DNA of 64,000 nucleotides from Octopus sinensis (Eukaryota): NCBI RefSeq assembly GCF_006345805.1, contig NC_042997.1, positions 26,226,001 to 26,290,000 of the forward strand, read 5' to 3'. Shown piece by piece: positions 26,565 to 38,834 of this stretch (position 1 is its first letter; each line of letters starts with the position of its first letter). The notes under the pieces were generated by a model. It saw only the letters and a program-made list of their open reading frames with translations, ran no database searches and was not told where the DNA came from. The position numbers and the translations under genes were made by a program.

Positions 26565-26765
26565 CAGTGCTTTTCAAACTTTCTGCTGGGGTGGAACCCC
26601 AAGGAAACATTCCACTGGCTCGAGGAACCCCTGTGCAATAATTTAATAGTTTTATGCACACATATCTGCACAGGAGAATTAAAAATTACTGCTGATTTTG
26701 GCAGTTTTGTAACTTGTTGCGGAACCCCTGGACTGTACTGGCGGGACCCTGGTTGAAAACCACTG
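26565..26765. mobile_element. hAT/Charlie-type MITE
   Basis: TIRs CAGTGCTTTTCAA / TTGAAAACCACTG; degenerate 8-bp TSD gactagag/gaaaagag. Confidence 0.7.
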
Positions 26766-27032
26766 GAAAAGAGGTAGGTGATATCGGCATCTGGTGTTTG
26801 TATGGTGATTTGGAGTAGCGGTTTCGAAACCCCGGCTGGAAGATTATTACTAAAGTGATGTTTTTTAACTGTTTGTTGTTCCTGGTCGTTTTTCTGTGGA
26901 GAAATTGAGTCTTTTTTCTTTTCTTTTTACTGCTTTTTCTTCTTTCTAAAAGATATTCAGCCGCGGTTTATATTTTTAATCTTTATGTTTTCTTTATTTA
27001 AACGGAATTAGGTTGAAGTATATATATATATC

Positions 27033-27087
<55 letters not shown>

Positions 27088-27116
27088 TTGGTATCCATAA
27101 GACCCGAAATGGCAAG

Positions 27117-27450
27117 TAAGTTAGTTAGCTAGTTAGTTAATTTGGCTCAAAAGCAAATAGCAAGGCCATGTAGGGGGACATGGAGTTAAGTACAGGGTGG
27201 TGTTCATGTAAAGAGTTCAGGCCACTTGAGGTCCAGGGAGGCTTTGAACAAAGCGATCGTCGGCATCTTCACCATCTCGTCTGGCAGCTTGTTCCACGGA
27301 TCCGCAACCCGGACGGAGAAAGCTCCTCTCCTTCGATTGAGATGAAATCGTCGCAGGTAGAGCTTTTCGGAATGACCCCGCAGCCGACGCTCCGGAGCAG
27401 GAGTGAAGAACAGCTCTTTCGAGAGGTTACACTTCCCGCTTATGATGTTG
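27117..27450 (-). mobile_element. CR1-clade LINE 3' end, 5'-truncated, (CTAA)n tail
   Basis: Near-identical to 63186-63510. Confidence 0.85.
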
Positions 27451-27610
27451 GACTATGTAAGTGCTACGGAACGACTGTCGTTAGACACCCAGTTCAATAA
27501 TAGTATGAATAAGAAGTCTATTGCGGGTCGTGTGTGAGCATGTATATGATAAATAAAATGAGACAACAAAGCCAAGGTAGTGTGAAATTTCTAGGACATT
27601 TATAAAGAGA

Positions 27611-27658
27611 GTCTTACAGCTGTTTCAGGGATATGAGGGATACCTCTTCATCAGAGAC
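27611..27658 (-). ncRNA. Minimal type I hammerhead, left arm of foldback
   Basis: - strand: GTCT CTGATGA AGAGGTAT-CCCTC-ATATCCCT GAAAC AGCT GTA AGAC; stem III is the palindrome ACAGCTGT. Confidence 0.8.
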
Positions 27659-27961
27659 GATATGAGAAAGTTAAATAGATGGAAATAGAACAGTTCAATA
27701 TAGGAAGTTATTCTGTAAAGGGAGCGATATAGGAAGTATAAGTGGTCATAAGAGAATAAAAATAAATATATACGTTGGATGCTGCAGTTGCAGTTCAATT
27801 ATCCAAGTACTTTCCTTGGATAATTGAACTGAAACAATAACATCCAACATATATTTTTATTTGTATCCTTATTTCCATTTATATTTCCTATATCTCACCC
27901 TTTCCAAAATAACCTTTTATGTCGAACTCTACTATTTCCTTCTATTTAACACTCTCATGTC

Positions 27962-28009
27962 GTCTCTGAAGAAGGGATATCCCTCATATCCCTGAAACAG
28001 CTGTAAGTC
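27962..28009 (+). ncRNA. Minimal type I hammerhead, right arm of foldback
   Basis: GTCT CTGAAGA AGGGATAT-CCCTC-ATATCCCT GAAAC AGCT GTA AGTC; one stem I mismatch. Confidence 0.75.
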
Positions 28010-30004
28010 TACATTTCTCTTTATAAATGTCCTAGAAATATATATATCGTCAGTAGATCATAAATCCGAAACTCTAAGTTATAGAGCAGTCGATAGCTAT
28101 GGTCGGTCTATGGGGTTACGCTGAGTTTCTTCAGATCCTAATGGCCGGTAGCCTATGACCTCTCTTGAAAGTTGAGTGAGACAAGACCTCGTAGCTACTT
28201 GTTGAACGCTCGAACAAAGGGTTAAGCACAAGGGATTTTCTCCCTTAGACCACAATCTATAGTCGGCCATATGTCTTCTATATTATAATGAAGGAAGCTG
28301 CTAATCAATTAGGTATTTAACAATTACTAAAAGAATGTAATTATTAAAGGCTTGACCTTCTGGAAATTTTTTCTAAATTCATATTCCAAGAAGTTTCCTG
28401 TAATTTCGATTTCTGAAATTTATTGAATATTTGAACTACAAGTTTTTCACAAATTTAAATATTCGTTGAATTCACAGCGGAGTAGATTTTAATGTTTAAT
28501 AAACAATATCATTCATTTGCAAAAATTTCTCACCTCTATTTTCATTAATGATAATTTAATATATGATATATTCACTTCAAGGTTTTCATTTCGAGTTTTA
28601 ATTCGCTATTTGCAAAACCCACAATTTATTCTATACACGTAATGTAAAAGAAATATTTATTGAATGGATAAATGCTATTTAGCAAAACAGCCATGGAACT
28701 TTGAGGATTATGATACGGGGCACGATTTCAAGAATATTCTCAGTTTCCGGAGTTAGTTAAATTAATATTTTTGATAAAATGAAAATTTTTAAATATACTG
28801 GTATAATTTTGTTTGTTTTTTTTAAGTTAAGAAGTAATTTTGTTGATATGGCCGTTTGGAACGCTATAAGCTTTACTATAATAACTATGCGATCACTGCT
28901 ATTTCTATCACGCTAAACGTAGTTGGGTTACCTTGAAGTTTGTTTAAATTAGAAATATATTACAACTACGATAAATTACTGAAAGTAAGTGAGATTCTTT
29001 TATAAATTGAAATTTTTTAGGAAAATTTACTTTCTAAATTTCCTTTTATTATTGAATATTTCAAGTTCACGAATTTAAATATTCGGTACAAGATAGCTTT
29101 TAACGAGCTTTTATAGGTTTCACTCCCTGGAAATTTTTGATAAATTCCTCTATATCGACAAATATGCAGTTTCGAAATGATTGTTATTACTTAAATTCAC
29201 GAATTTAAATATTCGTTGCCAAGCTTTACATTTACTGCAGAGTCAGTTTGAACATTTGATAAACAATATTGATATGATATGGCGAAATTTTTCGTTTTCA
29301 TTTGCGACACAGTCTCTCACTCTCTCTCCCGCCTCTAAAATTGATTTCATTAATAATAATCTATTTAATATATATTCATTGCAATTTTTTCATTTCAAAT
29401 TTTATTTAGTTATTTCAGATGAGGAAATCAGGTATTTTGTTGACTTAAATTTGCTGTGTAAATGTTCTCAGTTTATTGTTTATACATATTGGAAACAAAT
29501 TATATTGGACAACTTATTAAAACTTACTGAAGCTACGGACTCACGCGACTTATTTCTTTTCTCTCGTTATCTAAAAATTATCAAATAAATTTGTTACTAT
29601 GACTATTTGATATGCTATAGATATTTAGGTATCTCTATGTGATCCCTACTATTATTTTGCACACTAAAGTATTTGGACTACCTTGGTGTTTATTTAAAAA
29701 AAGATTATGACTGTGATAAAATGGTGAACGCAATATTTACTAAGCAAGTAAGCATTATTATATAAATAAATAATTAGACATAAAATATCGTAAAATTATT
29801 AGAATTGGGAAACAAATGTGAAAATATTATCAAGTGGCTAGCAGAAAACCGCCCAGATGGCGGTCTTTCTGCTAGCACGAATAATGACGATTTTCTCATA
29901 ATTTCCGAGAGAATATCTATGGCATCTGACGACTTTCTTAGTTCAGGTCACGCGAACTGTTTCTAATGCATACATGTAGATTTCTACAAGTAAATGTGCG
30001 TGTA

Positions 30005-30058
<54 letters not shown>

Positions 30059-30143
30059 GTGTGTGTGTGTGTGTGTGTGTGTTTGTGTGTGTGTATGTGT
30101 GTGTGTTTGAAAGTACTAAAATATTTTCGTTTTTCTATTATAG

Positions 30144-30198
30144 AGGCAAAATACCGAAAGATGTTAAAAAAATCCACGACGGTCCTTGTCCCAAATAG
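30144..30198 (+). CDS. Kazal gene B, exon 3: (R)GKIPKDVKKIHDGPCPK-stop
   Basis: Pyrimidine-rich acceptor ttttcgtttttctattatAG. Phase 2 matches exon 2 and supplies the Kazal C-terminal HxGxC with the sixth Cys. AATAAA about 60 nt after the stop. Confidence 0.88.
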
Positions 30199-30258
30199 TG
30201 AAACTACGTGGAGCAACACAGCCAATATGAATGGGTACTATTGATGTAGTATATACCA

Positions 30259-30268
30259 AATAAATAAA
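30259..30268 (+). promoter_or_regulatory. Polyadenylation signal(s) of Kazal gene B
   Basis: Overlapping AATAAA hexamers (aataaataaa) about 60 nt after the TAG stop. Confidence 0.55.
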
Positions 30269-30707
30269 ATGATTAACTATATATAATGCCTTTATATTGT
30301 TCTTTCTGAGTGAATCCACCAATGATTAAACTGACAATATTCGATTTTGACTAAATTCTACTCATATTGTCATAGCAAATTTTCTTCTTGTTGATATTAC
30401 AATTCAGCCAAAGGCGACTAACTAGCAGAATCGTTAGCACACTGGGTAAGATACTTAGCGGCGTTTTATCCGTCTAAATGTTCTGAGTTTAAATTTCGCC
30501 GAGGTCAATTTTATCTTGCTTAATTTCAGGAGTGATAAAATAAATGCCAGTTGAGCACTGGAGGTCACGGAATCTACTTCTCCTCTATCAGGTTTGCTGC
30601 TTATAATAAAAAGAAAGGACTATTACTGTTCAGCTGTAATTCAGCTATGATCGAGCAAACTTATGATAAAAGTTAACTATTTAGGCATGACTGTCATATC
30701 TGCTCAG

Positions 30708-31085
30708 TGGAGGCGCAATGGCCCAGTGGTTAGGACAGCGGACTCGCGGTCATAGGATCGCGGTTTCGATTCCCAGACCGGGCGTTGTGAGTGTTTATTG
30801 AGCGAAAACACCTAAAGCTCCACGAGGCTCCGGCAGGGGATGGTGGTGATCCCTGCTGTACTCTTTCACCACAACTTTCTCTCACTCTTACTTCCTGTTT
30901 CTGTTGTACCTGTATTTCAAAGGGCCGGCCTTGTCACTCTCTGTGTCACGCTGAATATCCCCTAGAACTACGTTAATGGTACACGTGTCTGTGGAGTATT
31001 CAGCCACGTTAATTTCACGAGCAGGCTGTTCCGTTGATTCGGATCAACCGGAACCCTCATCGTCGTAACCGACGGAGTACTTCCT
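30708..31085 (+). mobile_element. SINE family A (tail 1)
   Basis: Full-length homolog of 46378. Confidence 0.85.
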
Positions 31086-31178
31086 TCCTTCATATCTGCT
31101 CAACAATAGCTCATTACATGTTATATCATCAATGCTCAATATGAGTTGCGCGTGCGTGTTTGTATGTATCATTATAGC

Positions 31179-31252
<74 letters not shown>

Positions 31253-31810
31253 ACACATAAATACAGTTCTATCACACACACACACATACATATATATATA
31301 TATTATATATATAATATATATATATATATACAAGATAAGAAAATGGAGAAATACATCTAAATCAAATATCAATTACCAGATAATAGTCAATCACATACTT
31401 TATTAAACCACCACATAAGAGATTGTAGGGTTAAATATAAAAAAGCAGAACAAATCAGTGTACATAAAGGAATGTACATAAAAAGTGTACATAAAAGAGT
31501 AATGTTGTATAATAAGTAGAATATATATATAAGAGAATGTAAATATAAGTAAATATATATATATGTATAGATTACATCTTACAGCTGTTTCGGCCATGTA
31601 GATAAGTATGTCTCATTTTACCATATATATATATATTTAAAATTTATAGGCGCAGGAGTGGTTGTGGTAAGAAGCTTGCTTCCCAACCACAGGGTTCCGG
31701 ATTCAGTCCCAAAGCGTATCAACTTGGTTAAGTATCTTCTACCATAGCCTCGGGCAGACCAAAGCCTTGTGAGTCAACTTGATAGACAGAAGCTCAAAGA
31801 AGCCTGTCGT

Positions 31811-31879
<69 letters not shown>

Positions 31880-32419
31880 AGTCAGTAAATGGTGGGGTTG
31901 TGTTAACCGCACGTGGAGAAATGATACGAAAGAAAAATTTATAATAAGGAAGAATGCTAAATTGAAAGTAAATTTTAATAAAAATGGCTGTATGAAAAAT
32001 TAAAAAAGAAAAAATAATAAATCAAACCAGCTTTCATTGCAAGGCAAATTCAAGATTTGGAAGGGGAAAATTTTTTTTTTAAATTGGGTAAGTGGAAAAA
32101 AGAAATTTACAATGTTTCTTTCAAAAAACAAATTCATATATACAAAAGTTAATAAATACCAATACTTTGTAGTGCCATATGCTTTTAGAGTTCAATATTA
32201 GTCCTTGGAAAAACATCTTTGGAGGATTATGATGCATGTGTTTAAGTGTAGTGTTTACTTTGAAAGGGTTGGGTGATTGTGCGTCAAAACAGGAAATGGG
32301 GTAGGAGTTATCCAGTTCATGTGAGTAAGGGGAGACAATTCTGTGGATGCTATGCTCTTTAATTGGAATGATGAATTTTTTGTCAAACAGGATGCTTATA
32401 TCAAGTTTTTGTCAGATAG

Positions 32420-32880
32420 GATGCTATCCCGGCTTCTATGGCGTATGTGTTCCCCAGCTGGACGGGACGCCAGTCCATCGCAACGTTACTGATTTTTGCC
32501 AGCTGAGTGGACTGAAGCAACGTGAAATGAAGTGTTTTACTCAAGAACACAACGCGTCACCCGGTCCAGGAATCGAAACCAGTCTTACGATCATGATGTT
32601 GACACCCTAACCACTAGGTCCCGCGCCTCCACTTGTGCCCTTCTAAAGCCTAGCGAGCTCATGGGCCGGGTTTCCCGGTTTCTATGGCGTATGTGTTCCC
32701 CAGCTGAATGGGATGCCAGTCCATCGCAGCGTTACTGATTTTTGCCAGCTGAGTGGATTGGAGCAACGTGAAATGAAGTGTTTTGCTCTAGAACACAACG
32801 CGTCGCCTGGTCCAGGAATCGAAACCACAATCTTACGATCATGATGCTGATACCCTAACCACTAAGACACGCGCCTCTAC
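32420..32880 (-). mobile_element. Tandem pair of family B-type SINEs with tail 3
   Basis: Two head-to-tail copies; tail cccagctggacgggacgccagtcc is shared with 22181. Confidence 0.75.
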
Positions 32881-33594
32881 TGTATCCTTGATTAAGGCAC
32901 TTTATTTAACGTTGCTTCATCCCATTCAGTTGACAAAAATGAGTTACACTTGTAATTCAATAGGCCAGCCTTGTCACATTCTGTGTCACGCTGAATCCCC
33001 CTGAGAACTGCGTTAAGGGTTATGACTACGTTAAGGGTATGCGTGTCTATGGAGTGTTCAACCACTTGCGCGTTAATTTCATGAACTGGCTGTTGCGTTA
33101 ATCGAATCTTCTGAAACACTCGTCGTAACCGACGGAGTGTCAATCCTTTTAAATGATTTTTCTCCCAGGGCGTTTTTCTTTCTCATCTCATTGTTTAATA
33201 ATATAAGAATACACAAGGAAAATGTGAAAGATTCATATGCTAGCATAGGGAGTTAAAATATGTGGTCTCTGTATTGCAAGAACTAGCAGCCAAACTAGAT
33301 CTTGGTTCCATAAATTGAAACAAATAAAAGATCCTTAACTGCATATATTTAAAACACACATTACTTTAAAAATTCTAACGTCCACTGCAATAATCTTAAA
33401 CATCCACTTCTTGTCCTGAACTTTTCCAGGTTCAGTTAACCCTGAACATTGTCCCTTTTGACTCAACCCAGCATTTTCCTGATAGTCTTTTACTCTTTTA
33501 CCCGTTTCAGCCATGCGGCTGTGGTCATGCTGGTGTACCACCACTCATTTACGCTGTATTTCATTTTTTAAATTATTCAATTTCTTTTTTTACT

Positions 33595-33827
33595 CTTTTA
33601 CTTTTGTTTCAGTTATTTGACTGTGGCCATGCTGGAGCATCGCCTTTAGTCGAGGAAATCGATCCCAGGACTTATTCTCTGTAAGCCTACTACTTATTCA
33701 ATCGGTCTCTTTTGCCGAGCTGCTAAGTAACGGGGACGTAAACACACCAGCATCGGTTGCCAAGCGATGTTGGGGGGACAAACATATGCACAAAAACATA
33801 TACACGCACATACATACATACATATAT

Positions 33828-33871
<44 letters not shown>

Positions 33872-34019
33872 TACGACGGGCTTCTTTCAGTTTCCGTCTA
33901 CCAAATCCACTCAAAAGGCTTTAATCGGCCCGAGGCTATAGTAGAAGACACTTCCCCAAGGTGCCACGCAGTGGGACTGAACCCGGAACCATGTGGTTGG
34001 TAAGCAAGCTGCTTACCAC
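33595..34019 (-). mobile_element. SINE family C
   Basis: Same head, body and tail as 4707. Confidence 0.85.
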
Positions 34020-34594
34020 AAATAATTTTCACCAAATATATATTTAAAATATTAAATGCTGGTAAAATTTTATAATTATCAAAGTTAAGACTAATAAAGC
34101 AGATTCTCCTAAAAATGATTGCAAAGTCAAAGTTATACACACGATAGAAAATAAAGTAATTAGATTAATGCGCATGACGTGACAGAGAAATAGAAGGGAA
34201 AGGGATATCCAGTTTGAGACTGTTTGCTTAAAGATCTAATAAACAAGAAAATAATTAATGATAATTTGGCAAAAAAAAAAAAACATACATTGAGACTAAA
34301 AATGAGAGCATGATGATAAATGATAAGGTTAATTATAAAGCAAAAATACAACAACAAACATAAGATCATAAAACGTAAGAAAAATTTGGCATAGAGAAGA
34401 TAATAAGAGAAAAATTAATGTTAATGATAAGAACTGATAAAAGTTAATAACAATAAAATTTAACACAGGAGTTTTAAAAACAGCTGTAGGTACACACGTA
34501 GATAAATTTCCAGTGTCTTTAAGCTACTGTGACGATTTCGTAATCAAAGAGAATTTCTTCATATAAAGACTAATTTTAGGTGCGGTTGCTCTTT

Positions 34595-34983
34595 TACTCT
34601 TTTACTCTTTTACTTGTTTCAGTTATTTGACTGCGGCCATGCTGGAGCACCGCCTTTAGTCGAGCAAATCGACCCCGGGACTTATTCTTTGTAAGCCCAG
34701 TACTTATTCTATCGGTCTCTTTTTGCCGAACCGCTAAGTGACGGGGACGTAAACACACCAGCATCGGTTGTCAAGCAATGCTAGGGGGACAAACACACAC
34801 ACACACACACACATATATATACATATATACGACAGGCTTCTTTCAGTTTCCGTCAACCAAATCCACTCACAAGGCATTGGTCGGCCCTAGGCTATAGCAG
34901 AAGACACTTGCCCAAGATGCCACGCAGTGGGACTGAACCCGGAACCATGTGGTTGGTAAGCAAGCTACTTACCACACAGCCAC
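34595..34983 (-). mobile_element. SINE family C
   Basis: Same head, body and tail as 4707. Confidence 0.85.
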
Positions 34984-35288
34984 TTTTTCCATAATAAATT
35001 GTTTTTTCGGCCGAACCAGTTTCAGAATTTTTTTTTATTTAAGCTTCATTTAAAAAAATTTCATTTACTGTTTACGGATATCACGGTCTTCATACAGTAT
35101 CAGACGTTGCTCTTGTTCAAATTTGATCATTTCCCCTCACACCTAGCCTCTTTCTATTGCATCAACTTTTACTTGTTTCAGACATTAGACTGCAGTCATA
35201 CTGGAGCACATGCTTGAGAGGTTCAGATGAACAAATAGACCCCAGTCCAATTTTTGTTTTTTTCTAAGCGCCTTTTTTGCTTTCTATC

Positions 35289-35320
35289 AGTTCCTTTCAC
35301 TGAACTGCTCACACACACAC

Positions 35321-35369
<49 letters not shown>

Positions 35370-35373
35370 AACA

Positions 35374-35414
<41 letters not shown>

Positions 35415-35563
35415 AACACACACAAACACACACACACACAAACACACACACCACACACACACACACAAACACACACACACAAACACAAACACACACACAC
35501 AAACACACACACACAAACACACACACACAACACACACACAAACCACACACACAAACACACACC

Positions 35564-35597
<34 letters not shown>

Positions 35598-35608
35598 CAC
35601 ACACAACA

Positions 35609-35646
<38 letters not shown>

Positions 35647-35650
35647 ACAA

Positions 35651-35682
<32 letters not shown>

Positions 35683-35786
35683 ACACACAAACACACACAC
35701 ACACATACACACACACACACACATAAACACACACATACACACACACACATACACAAACACACACACACACAGAAACACACACACAC
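35289..35786. repeat. About 500-bp interrupted (CA)n microsatellite
   Basis: Directly visible. Confidence 0.95.
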
Positions 35787-35831
35787 GTGTGTGTGTGTGT
35801 GTATAATATTATTATAGGAAGAAATTCAAAA

Positions 35832-35887
35832 TCTTTACAGCTGTTTCTGGGATATCCACGAGTATGGAATATTCCGTCATCAGAGCA
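35832..35887 (-). ncRNA. Degenerate minimal hammerhead, same family as 27611
   Basis: CTGATGA...GAAACAGCTGTA intact; stems I and II partly mismatched. Confidence 0.5.
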
Positions 35888-36048
35888 GAGACAGATAGGG
35901 GAAAAAAAGATGAAAAATGAGTGTACTCCTCAGATTTTAAATCTGATGAGTACGCTAGCAATGAAAGCTCTCATTTTGTTAAAATACCATAATAAAGAAC
36001 GTGAAAACCAGACTGTTTTAGCTTTATCCAACTGATATATGTGTGTGT

Positions 36049-36105
<57 letters not shown>

Positions 36106-36449
36106 AAGAGAGAGATACGACGGGTTTCTTTCAGTTCTATCTGCCAAATCTATTCATAAGGCTTTAACCGGTCCGGGGGTCATAGTAGAAGATACTTACT
36201 CAAGGTGCCGCACTGTGGAACTTTATCCGGAGCCGTATTGTTCGGAAGCAAACGTTTTATTACACAGCAAAACATATATATTTGTATTCATCTATATTTA
36301 TACGTACATGTACATACCAGTATAAATACATACATGCATATATTAACCCAAATATATATGTGTGTGTGTGTGTATGTTGTGTCTATGCACACACATACAC
36401 ATGCACACACTCATACATACATACGTACATACATACATTCAAACGTAGG

Positions 36450-36546
<97 letters not shown>

Positions 36547-36791
36547 GTTTCTTTATTGGCCACACAGGGCTGCACATAGATGGGACAAGTTACAAGGTAG
36601 AGCTTTTCTTTTGGGGGATGAAAAAAACCAACAAAAAACAAAAAAACAAAAGAATAAAAAAAAAGGGTGGCGTAGGTTTTCGATCAAAAGGGATCGTAAA
36701 AAGGAAAAAAGAACAAAAAAAAGGAAAAGAAAAAAGGGAAAAGGAACAAAGGAAAAGAAAAATGAAAAAAGAAGAAAAACGGGGAAAAAGT

Positions 36792-36857
<66 letters not shown>

Positions 36858-37608
36858 TGTAGGTAGATAGACAGACATACAGACAACCGCAAACTGCCTG
36901 AACCAATTCTAGTGATATAGTGACTAATGAGCAGTTACGGGGAAAGAAAAGAGCGTCGTGAAGAGTCCAATAAAGTTTCGTAATACAAATCTGTATTACC
37001 TGGAATATGAAAACATACAGAAGCCTCGCGACAGTACGGCTTGGTTACAGAAAAGCGGTTGGTTCGTATGGCTACGAAAGTCCCTACATCTGCCAAAAGT
37101 ACCTTTAGCTTTAGTTGCTCTTACTGAAAGGGCCATGAAAACCTTATCCACAATCTTCACACTCGTTACTGAAAATGGAACTGTCACTCATGTTACTAAT
37201 AATTTTTTCAGCAATAATATCCCAAGGTGTCAGTATATCTGTGCTTGTATATATTTTGGCCAAAATCTACTGTTATTTCTTCTACAAAAATCTACTGGCC
37301 ACTTCCCAGTGTCTGCAACAGAAAGGTACATTAATATTACTCATCAGTTCTATGCCTGGAATATTTGCATCAACGAAAATCTTTTGATTGAATTACAGCA
37401 GTTTCCGCTGATATAGGAATGAAGTGTGGCCAAAAATTGCACTATTTTACTCGGAAAAAAAAATTGTTTCCGAAACCCCAAATCATTGTGTCAATGCTAT
37501 ACCTATTTGCCTATTTTCCTGTTTAACAAAACGTGTACTACTGTTGTAACGTAATTTTTACGTGCAATAAATAAGATAACCAGACAACATTAAAAATAAT
37601 GTAACGGA

Positions 37609-38126
37609 TTGAGTGAGTGAACTCCTTCGGTCATGAATGACCATGGAATTGCACATAAAAATTTACCCTCCGAGGTACAGGTCTGAGAATGGTTGTTTAT
37701 AGAAGACCAGCAGTCGCCCACGCATACCAGCCTCCCCTCTCCACGCCACCGATGTTATCCAAGAGAAAGGCAAATGCTAATACAGCTTGGCACCATTGAC
37801 GTCGCAGCTCATTTATTAACGTGCAAGTGGCTGAGCACTCTACAGACACGTGTACCCTTAACGTAGTTCTCGAGGAGATTCAGCGTGACACAGAGTGTGA
37901 CAAGACTGGCACTTTGCAATACAGGTACAACAGAAACAGGAAGAAAGAGTGAGAGAAAGCTGTGGTGAAAGAGTACAGCAGGGTTCACCACCACCTCTGC
38001 CGGAACCTCGTGGAGCTTTAGGTGTTTTCGCTCAATAAACACTCACAATGCCCGGTCTGGGAATCGAAACCGCAATCCTACGACCGCGAGTCCGCTGCCC
38101 TAACCACTGGACCATTGCGCCTCCAC
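37609..38126 (-). mobile_element. Chimeric SINE: family A head and body plus family B tail 2
   Basis: One 11-bp TSD aatgtaacgga (37598-608, 38127-137) encloses both parts. Confidence 0.8.
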
Positions 38127-38834
38127 AATGTAACGGACTAACACATCTCTTTACGAACCAACAATCAATATTCTTTGTGAACCAACCAACCAACACCTTC
38201 CAACTTCACTGCGAACTAATACAAACTTCATCGACTCCGAACTCTGAACTAGTGAACTCACTCGGATCGTTACTATTTATACTTTACTTGGACTAGTCTA
38301 TTTCTCGCAAGAGGCCGTCGTAACTCTCATCATAACAGCTACAAAACCTAGGTATAGATGAAAATATATCATACAAAGTTACTTTGGACAAGTGTAGAGA
38401 AACTATAAGAATATTACGCTAGACTTAAAAGAGATATGGCAGTCAAAGCTTTCCTTTTATCACTAGTGAATATTGCACTTTGAGATAAACTCATAAGGTC
38501 ATGATGTTGACTACAAATTTTCACAGAAATAGCGATATCGACTGACTCTTTTAGAAAAAAAGTTGTTCAGTTTTTACATCTATATGTAGAGACTGAAGTC
38601 ACCAGGTACTTCTACAGTTTAAGCTTTGTTGAAAAACTAGCAGATCCTGTTGTCTGCTAGATGAAAGTAGGGGTTATCTCCTCCTGCTAGCAATATATAT
38701 TGTATATACAGGGTGCAGCACAGCACCGATAACCAGCTGGCGGAAGATCTGCCAGGATTTAAACTAGTAGTAACATGGAGCAGCCACTTTGACGTGGCGA
38801 TTAACTCTACTTGTTAGTATAGTTACTATTCTAA

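Larger units (their letters stand above)
27587..28039. repeat. 453-bp imperfect palindrome (foldback of a PLE terminal repeat)
   Basis: The arms are reverse complements along their length; perfect 17-bp central stem CAGTTCAATTATCCAAG/CTTGGATAATTGAACTG. Confidence 0.85.

Noticed and set aside
35937-35984. CTGATGAG...GAAAGCTCTC hammerhead-like string
   Set aside because: Stem II does not pair convincingly and stem III is neither a viable hairpin nor a palindrome.
36958-37416. 152-aa ORF
   Set aside because: No recognisable domain or splice structure.
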